Assembly: GCA_965223325.1 (NCBI GenBank)
Contig: CBDCWI010000002.1
Location: 288,001 to 352,000, forward strand
Direction of reading: 5' to 3'
Source of the DNA: Candidatus Multivoradales bacterium
GTDB taxonomy: Bacteria; Acidobacteriota; Thermoanaerobaculia; Multivoradales; Multivoraceae
DNA length: 64,000 nt
Under the pieces are notes generated by a model, which saw only the letters and a program-made list of their open reading frames with translations, was not told where the DNA came from and did no database searches. The position numbers and the translations under genes are program-made. Below, one piece after another: positions 8,771 through 18,004 of this stretch. Each line of letters opens with the position of its first letter. The stretch's first letter is position 1.

Positions 8771-9522
8771 GACCTCGGCGGATCTACGACGCTCTCGAAG
8801 TGCCGGATTCGTGCTTCCTCGGGAAGCGCGTCTTCAAGAAGCTGTTTCTCGAACACGGTGAGCTTCGTCCAGCCGACAAGAAGGTACTGTCGCGGGACGT
8901 CGGGAACGTGGTCTGGCAGTACACGCTCAAACCCGGAACCATCGCGATTCGGAGCTACGCCGACGAGAAGAGGGAGTACCTCGAGATCGCGATCCTAGAG
9001 GTCGAGCTTTCCGATCGGAAGTCGGCACAGCGGATCGGAGAGGTGGTGCACCGCTCCATTCCCTACCCTGTCGTCCTCGTGCTCGCCGACGAGGCCGGTT
9101 GCTGCCTCAGTCTGGCGGCCAAGCGGTTCAGCCGGTCCAGGGCGGGAACCGTCGTCGCGGAAGAGCAGACGTCCACGCCGTGGCTCGAAGAAGAGCATCT
9201 GAATGACGAGCAAGGGCACTTCCTCGCCTCCTTGAGCCTCCGCCAGCTTCCCCAGACTCACTTCCTGGAGCTCTATCAGGCGCTCCTACAGCGGGTGCTG
9301 ACCCTGCAGGGCGCGGAGGCCGGCGGTTCGTTTCGCCTGGACCCGGGGCGCACGATCGAGCAGCAGCGGGAGGATCTGGAGCGGCTCCGGCGCCTGGAGC
9401 ACGAAATGCGCGACGTCCGCTCGGCGATCCACTGCGAGAACGCGTTCGCCCGGAAGGTCGAGCTGAACACCCGTCTCAAGAAGCTCGAAGATCAGCACCG
9501 AACCCTCGTCAAGATGATCTGA
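8767..9522 (+). CDS. DUF4391-family protein
   Basis: Lies between helicase and mod; KRVFKKLF, EYLEIAIL, IPYP motifs; C-terminal coiled coil RKVELN. Confidence 0.8.
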   Translation: MRPRRIYDALEVPDSCFLGKRVFKKLFLEHGELRPADKKVLSRDVGNVVWQYTLKPGTIAIRSYADEKREYLEIAILEVELSDRKSAQRIGEVVHRSIPYPVVLVLADEAGCCLSLAAKRFSRSRAGTVVAEEQTSTPWLEEEHLNDEQGHFLASLSLRQLPQTHFLELYQALLQRVLTLQGAEAGGSFRLDPGRTIEQQREDLERLRRLEHEMRDVRSAIHCENAFARKVELNTRLKKLEDQHRTLVKMI

Positions 9523-9536
9523 ACGGAGATGACCCC

Positions 9537-11396
9537 ATGGAGAAGCTAGACCCCAACGGCGACGGCCAGTCGATGGACTTGACCAGCGAGAACGTCAACG
9601 CGCTCGAAGAGCTCTTTCCCGAAGCGTTCCGCGAAGGGAAGGTCGACTTCGACGTTCTGCGCGAGCTTCTCGGGGACGCGCTCGACGACCGGCCGGAGCG
9701 CTACGGCCTGAGCTGGAACGGGAAGAAAGAAGCCCGGCGGATCGCGCAGATGCCATCGGCTGGCACCCTCCGGCCGGCGCCGAAGGAATCGGTCGATTGG
9801 GAGAACACCCGAAACCTCTTCATCGAGGGGGACAATCTCGAGGTTCTGAAGCTTCTCCAGAAGTCCTACCACCGTCGCGTCAAGCTGATCTACATCGACC
9901 CCCCCTACAACACCGGGGGTGAGTTCATCTATCCGGATCGGTACCAGGACAACCTGGAGACCTACCTCCGATTCACCGGACAGGTGGACGACGAAGGGTT
10001 CAAGCTCTCGGCAAATGCCGAGACGACCGGGCGCTATCACACGAACTGGCTCAACATGTTGTACCCGCGCTTGAAGCTCGCACGGAATCTCTTGCGTGAC
10101 GATGGTGTCATTGTCGTTTCGATTGATGACAACGAGTGCCACAACCTCCGTCATCTCCTCGATGAGATCTTTGGTCCCGAGAACTTCCTCACGGCCATTG
10201 CGTGGCAGAAGGCCTACGTTGCGAACATGACGGCGCGGCATATATCCACCACTCACGACTACCTTCTGGTATACGCACGAAGCGAGTTGTCGGCAGCGGT
10301 TGGAAGGATGCCTAGGACGAAAGAACAGATCGCAGCTTTCACCAACCCGGACGATGACCCTCGGGGCCCTTGGAAAGCTGAGAACCTCTCGGCGGGCAAA
10401 TACTACTCGGCAGGTCAGTTTCTAATCCGAATCCCGACAGGCGAGGAGGTCGGACCTCCTCCTGGCCGCTACTGGCGGTGCAACGAAGAGACCTACGAGC
10501 GATGGCTCGCCGAGGGTCGGATCACCTTCGGGGCTTCCGGCACTGGCCGCCCGATGCTCAAGAAGTACCTATCAGAGGTCCGAGAGGGACTCACTCCAGA
10601 GTCTTGGTGGCCACACAGAGTCTTCGGCTCGAACAAGCAGGCGACTACTGAACTGAAGAGCCTCTTTGACGGCGCTCAGACCTTCGACACCCCAAAGCCT
10701 GTCCTGCTCATGACTTGGCTGCTCCGGCTGTTTGCTCCCGAAGGGGGACTGGTAGTGGATTTTTTCGCCGGGTCAGGGAGCCTGGGCGCCGCCACCTATC
10801 GACTCGGTGGCGAGTCGGATCAGAGCTGGAGATTCTTGATGGTTCAATTGCCTGAGCCAACGGATCTGGAATCCTACGGCACCGTCAGTGACATTACTAT
10901 CGATCGACTCAAGCGAGAGGCTGCTCAGGTACGGCAGTCTAGGCAAAGCAACCTCCTCGAGGCCGGGCGGGAAGTCGACCTAGGCTTCCGAGTCTTCAAA
11001 CTCGCTAGCAGCAACATCAAGCCCTGGGACGCCAGCTACGACAACGTCGAGGGCGCATTGATCGACTCGATCGAGAACATCAAGGCCGACCGGTCGGAAG
11101 ACGATGTCCTTTACGAGCTTCTCCTGAAGTACGGTCTCGATCTTGCGACTCCAGTCGAAGCCCGCAAGATCCACGATAGGAAAGTCCACGTGTTGGGATC
11201 TGGCGCCCTGGTCGTCTGCCTCGCCGACCGCATCGGCCTGAAAGTGGTGGAAGGTATCGCCGCGCTGAAGGAGGAGCTCCAGCCCGAGATCATGCGGGTC
11301 GTCTTTCGCGACACGTCCTTTGAGGACGACGTTGCCAAGACCAACGCGGTGCAGATCTTGCGTCAAGCGGGTATCGACGACGTCAAGAGCCTCTGA
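9537..11396 (+). CDS. mod: Type III restriction-modification adenine methyltransferase (Mod)
   Basis: IEGDNLEVLK, IYIDPPYNTG, FDTPKP, DFFAGSG (beta-class motif order). Confidence 0.95.
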   Translation: MEKLDPNGDGQSMDLTSENVNALEELFPEAFREGKVDFDVLRELLGDALDDRPERYGLSWNGKKEARRIAQMPSAGTLRPAPKESVDWENTRNLFIEGDNLEVLKLLQKSYHRRVKLIYIDPPYNTGGEFIYPDRYQDNLETYLRFTGQVDDEGFKLSANAETTGRYHTNWLNMLYPRLKLARNLLRDDGVIVVSIDDNECHNLRHLLDEIFGPENFLTAIAWQKAYVANMTARHISTTHDYLLVYARSELSAAVGRMPRTKEQIAAFTNPDDDPRGPWKAENLSAGKYYSAGQFLIRIPTGEEVGPPPGRYWRCNEETYERWLAEGRITFGASGTGRPMLKKYLSEVREGLTPESWWPHRVFGSNKQATTELKSLFDGAQTFDTPKPVLLMTWLLRLFAPEGGLVVDFFAGSGSLGAATYRLGGESDQSWRFLMVQLPEPTDLESYGTVSDITIDRLKREAAQVRQSRQSNLLEAGREVDLGFRVFKLASSNIKPWDASYDNVEGALIDSIENIKADRSEDDVLYELLLKYGLDLATPVEARKIHDRKVHVLGSGALVVCLADRIGLKVVEGIAALKEELQPEIMRVVFRDTSFEDDVAKTNAVQILRQAGIDDVKSL

Positions 11397-14395
11397 TGAT
11401 GAAGTTCCAGTTCGACGCTGAGCTCGACTATCAGGGGGAGGCGATCGCCTCGGTAGCCGATGTCTTCGAGGGGCAAGAGATCTGTCGGACGAATTTCACT
11501 GTGACCCGCGGCACGGGCGGTCCGCAAAGCGTCTTGTTCGACACCGAGTTGGGCATCGGCAACCGGCTGAAGCTACTCGACGAGGACGTCCTCGCCAACG
11601 TGCGGGCGATCCAGATTCGGAACGGCCTGGCACCGAGCAAGGCACTTACGGGCCTCGACTTCACCGTGGAGATGGAGACCGGGACCGGGAAGACCTACGT
11701 CTACCTCCGCACGGCCTTCGAGCTGCATCAGCAGTACGGCTTCACCAAGTTCGTCATCGTGGTCCCTTCGATCGCGATCAAAGAGGGCGTCTACAAGTCC
11801 CTCGAGATGACCGAGTCCCACTTCAAGGGGCTCTACGACAACGTCCGGTACGACTACTTCGTCTACGACTCCCAGGACCTGAGCAAGGTGCGCAATTTCG
11901 CGACCAGCGACTGCGTCCAGTTCATGGTGATCAACATCGACGCCTTTCGGCGCAGCTTCAAGGACCCCAGCAAAGAGGACAAGGCGAACATCATCCACCG
12001 GGCCCACGACCGGATGTCGGGCTCTCGGCCGATCGAGTTCATTCAGGAAACCCACCCGATCGTGATCATCGACGAGCCCCAGAGCGTCGACACGACACCG
12101 AAGAGCCGCCAGGCAATCGCGTCCCTGAATCCGCTGTGCACTCTCCGCTACTCGGCGACCCACCGCGACAAGCACTGCCAGCTCTATCGGCTCGATGCGG
12201 TCGACGCCTACGAGCGCCGACTCGTCAAGCAGATCGAAGTGGCAGGAATCGAGGCGGAGGGGGCGCACAATCAGGCTTACGTGAAGCTGGTGAAGGTCGA
12301 CAACACCAAGGGGTCAATTGCGGCGACGGTCGAGATCGATGTCGTCGAAGGGGCGAAGCGCACCGTAATGCGCAGGAAGAGGACCGTCCGCAGCGGCGAT
12401 GATCTCTTCGAGCTCACGGGTGGGCGAGATGTCTACAGCGGCTACATCCTGGACGACATCTACTGCGAGAAGGGAAACGAGTACATCACCTTCACGAGTC
12501 GGCCCGAAGTCATCCTCCTCCACCAGGCCATCGGGGAGCTGAACGTCGACGAGCTCAAGCGGGTCCAGATCCGCAGAACCATCCAGGAGCACCTCGACAA
12601 GTCCTTGCGCTTGCGAAAGAGCGGCCTGAAGGTCCTGAGTCTATTCTTCATCGACAGGGTCGCGAACTACCGCGACTACGATGACGAAGGCAACCCGGTC
12701 CATGGGAAGTACGCTCGGTTCTTCGAGGAGGAGTTTCTCCAGATCGCCAAGCAGCCGAAGTACCGGCCCCTCCTCGACGGAAGGGAGCTGGAGGCACTCG
12801 CTTCCAGGATTCACGACGGGTACTTCGCGATCGACAAGAAGAAGGACTCGGCTGGCCAGGGTCGGTTCAAGGAGTCCCGCGGCGAAGGGAAGACGGCAGC
12901 GGACGGGGATGCGTACCAGCTCATCATGCGGGACAAGGAACGGCTTCTGAGCTTCGAGAGCGAGCTCGAGTTCATCTTCTCGCACTCCGCTCTGCGTGAG
13001 GGCTGGGACAACCCGAACGTCTTCCAGATCTGCACCCTGAACGAGACCACCTCGACGATCAAGAAACGCCAAGAGATCGGGCGCGGCCTCCGGCTTGCGG
13101 TCAATCAGGACGGGGAGCGGGTCTTCGGGTTCGACGTCAACACGTTGACCGTGATGGCGAACGAGTCCTACGAGGACTTCGCCCGTCAGCTCCAGAAGGA
13201 GATCGAGGAGGACACCGGGATCCGCTTCGGGGTCGTCGAAGCGCACTCGTTCGCAAACATCCCGGTCCGGCAGGCCGACGGATCACTCGGCCACTTCGGA
13301 GTCGAGCGGTCGGAAGAAGTGTTCGAGTATCTCATCGAGAAGGACTACCTGGACTCGCGCGGTCGAGTGCAAGACAGTCTGCGAGTCGCTCTGAAGGAGG
13401 GCACGCTCGAGCTACCAGAAGGCGTGGCCGAGAAAGAAGACGCCGAGATCAAGGCCTTCCTGACCAAGATCGCTGGGCACCTCAACGTCCGGGACGCCGA
13501 CGAACGGACCCGCGTGAAGCTCAACAAAGCCGTCCTGCTCAGTCCGGAGTTCCAGGAGCTCTGGGACCGCATCAAGTACCGGACAACTTTCCGTGTGGAC
13601 TTCGATCCGGAGGAGCTGATACAGGCCTGCGCCGACGAGATCCGCAAGTCGCTAGTGGTTGGCAAGGCGAAGTTCGTCGTGCGCAAGAGCACGGCCGAGA
13701 TCGATCGCGGCGGCGTGCGGATGGACGAGGTCAGGGAAAAGGTCTATCGCTACGACGCGACCGACTTCGACCTCCCGGACATCGTTACCTACCTGCAGAA
13801 CGAGACGAACCTAACCCGCCGCTCGATCGTCGAGATCCTGCGCCGAAGCGGCAAGCTGGAGCAGTTCACCTGGAACCCACAGAAGTTCATCGAGAAAGCC
13901 TCGGAGCTGATCCGGCACCAGATGCGTCTCTTCATCGTCGACGGCATCAAGTACCAGAAGATCGGCGAGACGGCAGTCTACGCCCAGGAGCTCTTCGAGG
14001 ACCAGGAGCTCTACGGCTATCTCGAGAAGAACATGCTCGCCGCCGAGAAGTGCGTCTACGACCACGTCGTCTACGACTCCGAAGTCGAGCACGAGTTCGC
14101 CGAGGCATTCGAAGGCAGCGACGACGTCAAGGTCTACGCCAAGCTCCCGAGCTGGTTCAAGATCGAAACTCCCCTCGGGAGCTACAACCCGGACTGGGCG
14201 GTGGTCGTCGAGCAGAACGGTGCGCGCCGGCTCTACTTCGTGGTCGAGTCGAAGGGCAGCTTGCTCAAGGGCGACCTACGAGTTACCGAGCAAGCGAAGA
14301 TCGACTGCGGGAAGCAACACTTCGCGGCGCTCGGCACCGACGCGCGGTTCGAGAAGGCGAAGAGCTTCGAGAACTTCCAAGAGTCGTGGAGGTAG
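11396..14395 (+). CDS. res: Type III restriction endonuclease subunit (Res)
   Basis: EMETGTGKT, DEPQ, LREGWDNPNVFQIC, QEIGRGLR, YNPDW...VESK PD-(D/E)xK motif. Confidence 0.95.
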   Translation: MMKFQFDAELDYQGEAIASVADVFEGQEICRTNFTVTRGTGGPQSVLFDTELGIGNRLKLLDEDVLANVRAIQIRNGLAPSKALTGLDFTVEMETGTGKTYVYLRTAFELHQQYGFTKFVIVVPSIAIKEGVYKSLEMTESHFKGLYDNVRYDYFVYDSQDLSKVRNFATSDCVQFMVINIDAFRRSFKDPSKEDKANIIHRAHDRMSGSRPIEFIQETHPIVIIDEPQSVDTTPKSRQAIASLNPLCTLRYSATHRDKHCQLYRLDAVDAYERRLVKQIEVAGIEAEGAHNQAYVKLVKVDNTKGSIAATVEIDVVEGAKRTVMRRKRTVRSGDDLFELTGGRDVYSGYILDDIYCEKGNEYITFTSRPEVILLHQAIGELNVDELKRVQIRRTIQEHLDKSLRLRKSGLKVLSLFFIDRVANYRDYDDEGNPVHGKYARFFEEEFLQIAKQPKYRPLLDGRELEALASRIHDGYFAIDKKKDSAGQGRFKESRGEGKTAADGDAYQLIMRDKERLLSFESELEFIFSHSALREGWDNPNVFQICTLNETTSTIKKRQEIGRGLRLAVNQDGERVFGFDVNTLTVMANESYEDFARQLQKEIEEDTGIRFGVVEAHSFANIPVRQADGSLGHFGVERSEEVFEYLIEKDYLDSRGRVQDSLRVALKEGTLELPEGVAEKEDAEIKAFLTKIAGHLNVRDADERTRVKLNKAVLLSPEFQELWDRIKYRTTFRVDFDPEELIQACADEIRKSLVVGKAKFVVRKSTAEIDRGGVRMDEVREKVYRYDATDFDLPDIVTYLQNETNLTRRSIVEILRRSGKLEQFTWNPQKFIEKASELIRHQMRLFIVDGIKYQKIGETAVYAQELFEDQELYGYLEKNMLAAEKCVYDHVVYDSEVEHEFAEAFEGSDDVKVYAKLPSWFKIETPLGSYNPDWAVVVEQNGARRLYFVVESKGSLLKGDLRVTEQAKIDCGKQHFAALGTDARFEKAKSFENFQESWR

Positions 14396-14406
14396 GGCTG
14401 GGTTCA

Positions 14407-15384
14407 ATGGATGTCGAGGACTTCTGGCGGCCGTTCGAAGGGGAGGCGGACTCGCTCGCGAAGGTTCAGGATTACGTTCAGCAGATCTTCGACAAGTGGT
14501 CCGTAAAGAAAAGGGTTCTGGCCTGGAGAGGCCAGAGGGACGCGAGCTGGCCTCTCCACAGCTCGCTGTACCGCCGCTTGCTTTGGACATCCAGAGCGGG
14601 CTCTCCCTCTGCCGAGCCACCGACCGAGGACGACGTTGCTGCTGCGGAACACACGATCCTCGTCGAGCTACATCGGTGGGGCCTGCACATGAGCCAGCTT
14701 GGGCGCCTGCCGGTCCTGGCCCAGCTCGCAGCGTTGCAGCACTACGGCGCGCCAACGCGGCTCATCGACGTGACCTTCAATCCGTGGATTGGTCTCTGGT
14801 TTGCGGTTCAGGACGAGTGGAAGGATGGTGAGCGGCAGCCGGACATCGACGCGAGGCTCTTCGCGATCGACGTGACCGATCGGCTCATCAACGAGGCTTC
14901 CGATCTCCGGTCCTGGGAGGACGACCTCGATCGACCTTGGCCGAAGACGCCCGGGAAGTCGGAGCGGCAAGAGGTGAAGGACACATTCGGCGGCTGGGTT
15001 ACGAGGACGTTCGCCTGGAAGCCTCCGCACTTCCACCCACGGCTCGCAGCTCAGAACGGCGGGTTCATCTTCGGAGGTGTACCGCAGAAGCGGTCGGGCA
15101 GCAGTTTGCAATGGCCCAAGGACGAATCGCCACAGGCGAAGCGATGGAAGATTGCCGAAGTGCGCGACGCGACATCAGTAGCTCTTCGAGTGCACAAGCT
15201 GGGTTCCCAGAAGGGAGGGCCGTCTTCGAACGCGGTCTACACGATCCGGATCAAGAGCGGAGCGATTGAGAAGATCCGGGTGCAGCTCGAAAGCCTCTTC
15301 GGGCACCGCCACTCCACAATGTATCCAGACTTCACTGGCTTCTCGGACTTCGCTGTGCGCTCCCTTCGAAACTCACCCCCCTAG
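14407..15384 (+). CDS. FRG-domain protein
   Basis: WRGQ..W.L.SSLYR, LQHYGAPTRLIDVT, RLAAQNGGF. Confidence 0.88.
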   Translation: MDVEDFWRPFEGEADSLAKVQDYVQQIFDKWSVKKRVLAWRGQRDASWPLHSSLYRRLLWTSRAGSPSAEPPTEDDVAAAEHTILVELHRWGLHMSQLGRLPVLAQLAALQHYGAPTRLIDVTFNPWIGLWFAVQDEWKDGERQPDIDARLFAIDVTDRLINEASDLRSWEDDLDRPWPKTPGKSERQEVKDTFGGWVTRTFAWKPPHFHPRLAAQNGGFIFGGVPQKRSGSSLQWPKDESPQAKRWKIAEVRDATSVALRVHKLGSQKGGPSSNAVYTIRIKSGAIEKIRVQLESLFGHRHSTMYPDFTGFSDFAVRSLRNSPP

Positions 15385-15390
15385 CGATCC

Positions 15391-15879
15391 ATGACTCCTG
15401 TGACAGTGCGGTCGAACGAGAGACAGCCTCGAAGGTGGCTGTGGGTCTTCGGAGAGATCGACGGCCTCCGCTGGGTGCTCGATCACCGGCAGATGGCGTT
15501 CCGAACCCACCAGGCACGACGTGCGGGCCGGATTCGAGAACGCGATACAGCGGTCCTCTACGTCACCCGCGGGGCCTTCCACAATCCGACGCGCGATCGG
15601 GCCCGGCTGGCCGGCTTGGCAGAGGTGATCGGACCACCGGAACAGGGTCAGTCGGTGGAGATCATTGACCGGGAGTTTCAACTCCTCGTTCCGATTCAGG
15701 TGACGATCCTACTTCCCGAGCGGGAGGGTCCGGAGGTCGCGCCGGTGGCCGGCCGCCTAGACCGCGTCAAGCGTCCAGAGGTCTGGGGACACTACTTCCG
15801 AAACAGCCCCATCGAGATGACGGAGCACGACTGGACGCTCCTTCGCGGCTTGATCGAAGAGTGGAGGACCGAACAGTGA
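15391..15879 (+). CDS. EVE/PUA-like domain protein
   Basis: Aromatic N-terminal strand, RIRERDTAVLYVT...LAGLAEV pattern, C-terminal PIEMTEHDW; weak match by eye. Confidence 0.55.
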   Translation: MTPVTVRSNERQPRRWLWVFGEIDGLRWVLDHRQMAFRTHQARRAGRIRERDTAVLYVTRGAFHNPTRDRARLAGLAEVIGPPEQGQSVEIIDREFQLLVPIQVTILLPEREGPEVAPVAGRLDRVKRPEVWGHYFRNSPIEMTEHDWTLLRGLIEEWRTEQ

Positions 15880-16733
15880 GCCTCGCCGCGCCCTTTTCAA
15901 TTCGGATCTTCCTGCCGAGTGGGGATCCAGAAGGGCTCCGCCTGGTCGAGAAGTCCAACTGGACGGGACTGGGCCTGACCTTTCCGCGATCGAAGTTCTC
16001 GGAGGCCAGGAAGAGGTCGGAGCTCGATCAAACCGGGATCTACGTTCTGGTGGGACCTCGCGAGGGAGGGGAGCTCCCGACGGTCTACATAGGAGAGGGC
16101 GATGTCGTTCGGCGGCGTCTCGAGAAGCACTACGGCAAGAAGGACTTCTGGACGCGAGCCGTCGTCTTCGTCTCGAAGGACGGCTATCTGAACAAAGCGC
16201 ACGTGAGCTTTCTGGAGTCCCGACTGCTCGCTCGGGCGCAGCAGGCGAAGCGGTGCAAGCTCGACAACGCGACCGGCTCGCAGCCACCGAGCCTTTCGGA
16301 GGCGGACCAGGCGGATGCCGAGGGCTTCCTCGCCGACATGCTGAGCATCTTCCCGGTGCTGGGAGTCAACGTATTCGACATGCCCCGCAAGGCGAAACCC
16401 CACGACGCAAGCCGATTGACTCTTCGCGCCAAGGGTGTCGTCGCCCGAGGCTACGAGTCCGAAGAGGGGTTCGTGGTCCTCGAAGGCTCCGAGATCGTCA
16501 CGAGCGAAGTGAAATCGATCCATCAGTACCTCTCCGACATGCGGAAGGAGCTGGCTGAGGAAGGAGTCATCACCACAGACGGCCAGCCATGGAAGCTTGC
16601 CCAGGACTATCCGTTCAACTCCCCGTCGACGGCCGCGGGGGTGGTTCTCGGGAGATCGGCCAACGGGCGAAAGGAGTGGAAGGACGCGGCGGGACGGACG
16701 TTGAGGCAGATCCAGGAGGAGGAGGCGAGCTGA
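15876..16733 (+). CDS. GIY-YIG nuclease fused to DUF4357 (RAMA-type) domain
   Basis: GIYVL...VYIGE; C-terminal FNSPSTAAGVVLGRSANGRKEWKD; GTGA overlap with the upstream gene. Confidence 0.9.
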   Translation: MSLAAPFSIRIFLPSGDPEGLRLVEKSNWTGLGLTFPRSKFSEARKRSELDQTGIYVLVGPREGGELPTVYIGEGDVVRRRLEKHYGKKDFWTRAVVFVSKDGYLNKAHVSFLESRLLARAQQAKRCKLDNATGSQPPSLSEADQADAEGFLADMLSIFPVLGVNVFDMPRKAKPHDASRLTLRAKGVVARGYESEEGFVVLEGSEIVTSEVKSIHQYLSDMRKELAEEGVITTDGQPWKLAQDYPFNSPSTAAGVVLGRSANGRKEWKDAAGRTLRQIQEEEAS

Positions 16734-16806
16734 CCATCGGCGCGCTAGCGGGGCTCCATGCCGACCCGACCACGGACCCTTTGATCGAGTCGCAGGAATC
16801 GAGAAG

Positions 16807-17922
16807 CTAGAACGGAGCCGAGTCTCTGAGCCGCGACAGCCGCTTCGCGAGGTCGGCTGCAGATACCGGTCGTTGGCCGGGATCCAGGCTGAGGGCAGCG
16901 TCGAAGAACTCTCGCAGCTGTGTGCTGCAGCCGGGCTTGCACGCTTGGATGGGGCGTGGCGGCTTCGTCTTGATTCGATTGACTAGGGTGAGTCGATCCT
17001 TCGCCTCGAATGGCCGGCGCCCGGTCAGCGTCTCGTAGAAGACCACTGCGAGTGCCCAGAGGTCGAAAGAGGTGCTCGCCCTTTCGCGCTTGAGTGCTTC
17101 CGGCGACAGGTACGCCGGCGTTCCCACCACCGAATGGCCCGGCACACCCGACATGGTCACTTCGTCCTCCAGCTTCGCGAGCCCGAAGTCGAGGAGCTTG
17201 AGCTCCCCCTGCCGCGTGAAGCCGATGTTCCGCGGCTTGATGTCTCGATGCAGGATGCCAGCGGTGTGGAGACACTGCACCGCCTCGGTGACCTCGAGCA
17301 TGACCTCGATGGCAACGTCGAGCGGAAGTGGGATCTTGTCGGCCAGGGTTCCGCCATCGACGTACTGCATGACGATCATCGGCGTTCCGCAGAAGACCTC
17401 GAAGCCATACACGGCAGCCAGGTGACGGTGCGAGACTGCGGCAAGGGCCTGGGCTTCGCGCCGTAGGCGAGCCACGTCTTGCGGAGAAGTGACGCCTGGG
17501 AGCGTCTTGACGGCAACCCGCCGACCGAGCGAGAGGTCGATCGCCTCGTAGACGACACCGATTCCGCCCTTCCCGGCCCGCCTCTCGAACTGCAGCCGAC
17601 CCGGGATGACCTTCGGCACCACCGAGCGCTTCAGCTGCTCACCACACCGGCTGCAGTAGCAGTGCTCGTCGGAGTAGACGCGGCCGCAGCCGCACTCCTT
17701 CCCGAACGAGACCTCGCTGAGCCGCTTCTGGCTGAACGTCCGGTAGGCGGCCTGTTCCTCGGCCACCTCGGAAGCCACGGCTTCCGCCATTCGCACTAGG
17801 GCCTGCGCAACCCGAGCCGGCCGGATCCCGTCCCCCAGGCAGCGGTCCACGGCTCGACGTAAGTGCCGGTTGGCCTGGACCGCTCCGGTCTGTTCTTCGG
17901 TCGTGTCTCCGGTTGGCGCCAT
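16807..17922 (-). CDS. Hanks-type Ser/Thr protein kinase with N-terminal zinc ribbon, soluble
   Basis: GKGGIGVV, VAVK, HRDIKPRN, DFG, GTPAYLSPE, DLWAL; ECGCGRVY...CSRCG; AGGAGG RBS. Confidence 0.92.
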   Translation of the reverse strand: MAPTGDTTEEQTGAVQANRHLRRAVDRCLGDGIRPARVAQALVRMAEAVASEVAEEQAAYRTFSQKRLSEVSFGKECGCGRVYSDEHCYCSRCGEQLKRSVVPKVIPGRLQFERRAGKGGIGVVYEAIDLSLGRRVAVKTLPGVTSPQDVARLRREAQALAAVSHRHLAAVYGFEVFCGTPMIVMQYVDGGTLADKIPLPLDVAIEVMLEVTEAVQCLHTAGILHRDIKPRNIGFTRQGELKLLDFGLAKLEDEVTMSGVPGHSVVGTPAYLSPEALKRERASTSFDLWALAVVFYETLTGRRPFEAKDRLTLVNRIKTKPPRPIQACKPGCSTQLREFFDAALSLDPGQRPVSAADLAKRLSRLRDSAPF

Positions 17923-17952
17923 ACCCCTCCTGCGGATCAGAAACGAGCCCGA

Positions 17953-17989
17953 TGGACTCTTAACAGAACATCGCGTATGGTAAGAGTCC
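17953..17989. promoter_or_regulatory. Promoter in the divergent intergenic region, overlapped by a 9-bp inverted repeat
   Basis: GGACTCTTA (17954-17962)-N18-TAAGAGTCC (17981-17989); TGGACT-N17-TATGGT on the plus strand. Confidence 0.55.
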
Positions 17990-18004
17990 TCGCAGGAGAA
18001 GTCT

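Noticed and set aside
9537-11396. Phase-variable mod (phasevarion)
   Set aside because: No simple-sequence repeat tract seen in the ORF or upstream.
5543-14395. BREX or DISARM system
   Set aside because: No PglZ/BrxC or DrmA/DrmB (DUF1998) genes; the Mod and Res motifs indicate type III RM.
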